Source: an uncultured archaeon (lineage in GTDB: Archaea; Thermoplasmatota; Thermoplasmata; Thermoplasmatales; Thermoplasmataceae). Taken from it: a stretch of DNA of 64,000 nucleotides. A program made the position numbers and the translations under genes. Position 1 is the first letter of the stretch. The number at the start of each line of letters is the position of its first letter. A model generated the notes under the pieces. It was given only the letters and a program-made list of their open reading frames with translations, did not search any database and was not told the DNA's origin. Location: assembly GCA_000965745.1 (NCBI GenBank), contig CP009479.1:32001-96000 (forward strand), given 5' to 3'. Below, one piece after another: positions 62,000 to 64,000 of this stretch.

Positions 62000-62197
62000 A
62001 CTGTTGCAGCCCGCTTATTGCTGTTTCACCATAAAACACTGATGAGCACGGCGAATTGCCCGGTATTACATGGTTCAGCATATAATCATTATTTTTCTAA
62101 AACATCAGCATGATAAACATCATGGATCCTTACCATGAATGGCTGATCCAGGGATTCAGCAAAAGTTTATAGGTTGATTTCCCGTAGATATTATTCG

Positions 62198-64000
62198 ATG
62201 CTAAAACCCGAGAACCTTGCTGACAATATGACGGGTGAAGTTGCTTTTCTGCTGGGAAATGAGGCAGTTGCCAGAGGGCTTGTTGAGTCCGGAGTGAGAG
62301 TGGCCACAACCTATCCCGGCACCCCCTCCAGTGAAGTTGGCGATACAATTGCCAGGTTTGCCAGGAAAAGCGGAATCTACTTTCAGTATTCTGTAAACGA
62401 GAAAGTTGCCTACGAAATAGCGTATGCAGCATCCCTGTCTGGAAAGAGGTCGTTCACCTTCATGAAAGTGGTAGGTATGAATGTGGCCGCCGACTCCCTG
62501 ATGACTTCAGCCTACACCGGAGTTGAAGCGGGCCTCGTGATCATGACGGCGGATGACCCCTCAATGTTTTCGTCCCAGAATGAGCAGGATAACAGGCATT
62601 TTTCAGACCTGGCGCACATTCCACTGATTGAGCCTTCCAGCCCGCAGGAGGCAAAAGACTTCCTGAAACACGCCTTTGAGTTGAGTGAGGCTGAAAAACT
62701 GCCGGTTCTGTTCAGGACCACAACTCGGGTGAGCCACCAGAGAGCCCCGGTCACGTTCGGGGATGTCGCCAGTGGATCGGGTAAATCAACGTTCAAGCGC
62801 AATATTCCCCAATACCTCCCATTCCAGCCGTACTCTTCCAGGATGAAGAATGAACTCATGGAGAAAATGGCGAGAATTTCAAGATTTTCAGATGAGACTG
62901 TTCTCAACCAGCTCGAAAGGAAAGGGTCGGGAAAAACAGGCGTTATAGTTTCAGGTGCAGCTTATGGCCCCCTTATAGACGTTGTTAATGAGCATGATCT
63001 GGACGTATCAATCCTGAAACTCGGCTTGGTGAACCCGCTGCCGGAAAAACTCGTTCTGGAATTCCTTGGGAACCATAAGGAAGTGGTTGTTGTTGAAGAG
63101 CTTGACCCATTCGTTGAGACCAAAATACGGTCTCTTGCACAGATGAATGGCATCACAACCTCAATTACCGGAAAACTCGACGGAGTGTTTCCTTCAAGCT
63201 TCGAGTATACCCAGAACGTAATTGCGGGGTCGCTTTCAAAGATTCTCCCCGTGGACGCCGAACATGTCGATGCGAAACCGCATACAGAGATTCCTTCCCG
63301 CCCACCCGTTATGTGCCCGGGCTGTCCGCACAGGGGGACATATTATGCAGTAAAGAGGGCAGTAGGAATGTCAAAGATCGAGAACGTGATCTATCCCTCC
63401 GATATAGGATGCTACTCTCTGGGTGTGTTTGAGCCATTTGAAATGTCGGATGTTCTGCTCAGCATGGGTTCTTCAATCGGCACTGCACAGGGGTTCGCCC
63501 TCTCGGCCGGACAGACGGTAATTTCTTTCATCGGAGACTCCACATTTTTCCATGCAGGAATGCCGTCGCTGGTGAATGCTGTTCACAACGGGGCAAAAAT
63601 GATACTGGTGATCCTTGACAATGCAGTGACTGCAATGACAGGGCAGCAGCCCAATCCCGGGTCTTCCATGGGCAGTCTCGGGGATCCTGCCCCGTATGCA
63701 AGGATCGAAGATCTGGTGGCTTCAGCGGGAGTGGAGAAGATAAGCATCGTGGACCCGTTTGACATAAAGTCCACCATGAGAGCGGTTACCGAGGGGTTGC
63801 ATTTTGACGGGTTGTCCGTCATAATAGCCAGGAGGGAGTGTGCAATTTATGCGGACCAGAAAAAGAAGAAGATTGCGCCACTTGTTCCGTATTATGTTGA
63901 TAAGGACAAGTGCACATCATGCAGAAACTGTGTTGAGAAATTCTCATGCCCGGCCATATCCGTGGATTCTGGAACCGTGAGCATTGACCCGAAGCTCTGC
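62198..64000 (+). CDS. iorA: second indolepyruvate:ferredoxin oxidoreductase alpha subunit (runs off window end)
   Basis: MLKPENLADNMTGEVAFLLGNEAVARG, YPGTPSSE, DDPSMFSSQNEQD, MCPGCPHR, GDSTFFH; TTTATAGG about 26 nt upstream. Confidence 0.93.
   Translation, partial: MLKPENLADNMTGEVAFLLGNEAVARGLVESGVRVATTYPGTPSSEVGDTIARFARKSGIYFQYSVNEKVAYEIAYAASLSGKRSFTFMKVVGMNVAADSLMTSAYTGVEAGLVIMTADDPSMFSSQNEQDNRHFSDLAHIPLIEPSSPQEAKDFLKHAFELSEAEKLPVLFRTTTRVSHQRAPVTFGDVASGSGKSTFKRNIPQYLPFQPYSSRMKNELMEKMARISRFSDETVLNQLERKGSGKTGVIVSGAAYGPLIDVVNEHDLDVSILKLGLVNPLPEKLVLEFLGNHKEVVVVEELDPFVETKIRSLAQMNGITTSITGKLDGVFPSSFEYTQNVIAGSLSKILPVDAEHVDAKPHTEIPSRPPVMCPGCPHRGTYYAVKRAVGMSKIENVIYPSDIGCYSLGVFEPFEMSDVLLSMGSSIGTAQGFALSAGQTVISFIGDSTFFHAGMPSLVNAVHNGAKMILVILDNAVTAMTGQQPNPGSSMGSLGDPAPYARIEDLVASAGVEKISIVDPFDIKSTMRAVTEGLHFDGLSVIIARRECAIYADQKKKKIAPLVPYYVDKDKCTSCRNCVEKFSCPAISVDSGTVSIDPKLC

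Noticed and set aside
46684-64000. Provirus or integrative element at tRNA-Lys(CUU)
   Set aside because: No integrase, capsid, replication or transposase gene, and no attR copy found by eye

Overview
Archaeal chromosome window, most likely from a Thermoplasmatales member (unsplit rpoB, stand-alone Thermoplasma-like 5S rRNA, spc cluster lacking L34e/L14e). Bases 1-46.7 kb are core genome: tRNA-Lys(UUU)-rpoH-rpoB-rpoA', mtnA, trpS, otsAB, top6BA, rpl44e-rps27e-aIF2a-nop10-PAC2, iorAB, lsm-rpl37e-purF, and the large rpl3...secY-adk-DUF106-cmk-cbf5-nop5 cluster. After tRNA-Lys(CUU) (46610-46683) lies a roughly 15 kb accessory region. It holds a defence-like cluster (membrane protein + HNH, SauUSI-like PLD-helicase-DUF3427, phage-type HNH, frameshifted DUF2075 nuclease-helicase), two convergent unannotated paralogs bracketing a hydrolase and a SnoaL gene, and a decayed LigD phosphoesterase remnant, followed by a second iorA. 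Best leads: a three-way-junction RNA leader in front of the rpl3 operon (and a second candidate before rpl44e), the defence cluster, the paralog pair, an atypical CuA-like cupredoxin, and a 230-nt cbf5/nop5 dual-coding overlap. All calls rest on motif recognition and hand folding; no searches were run.
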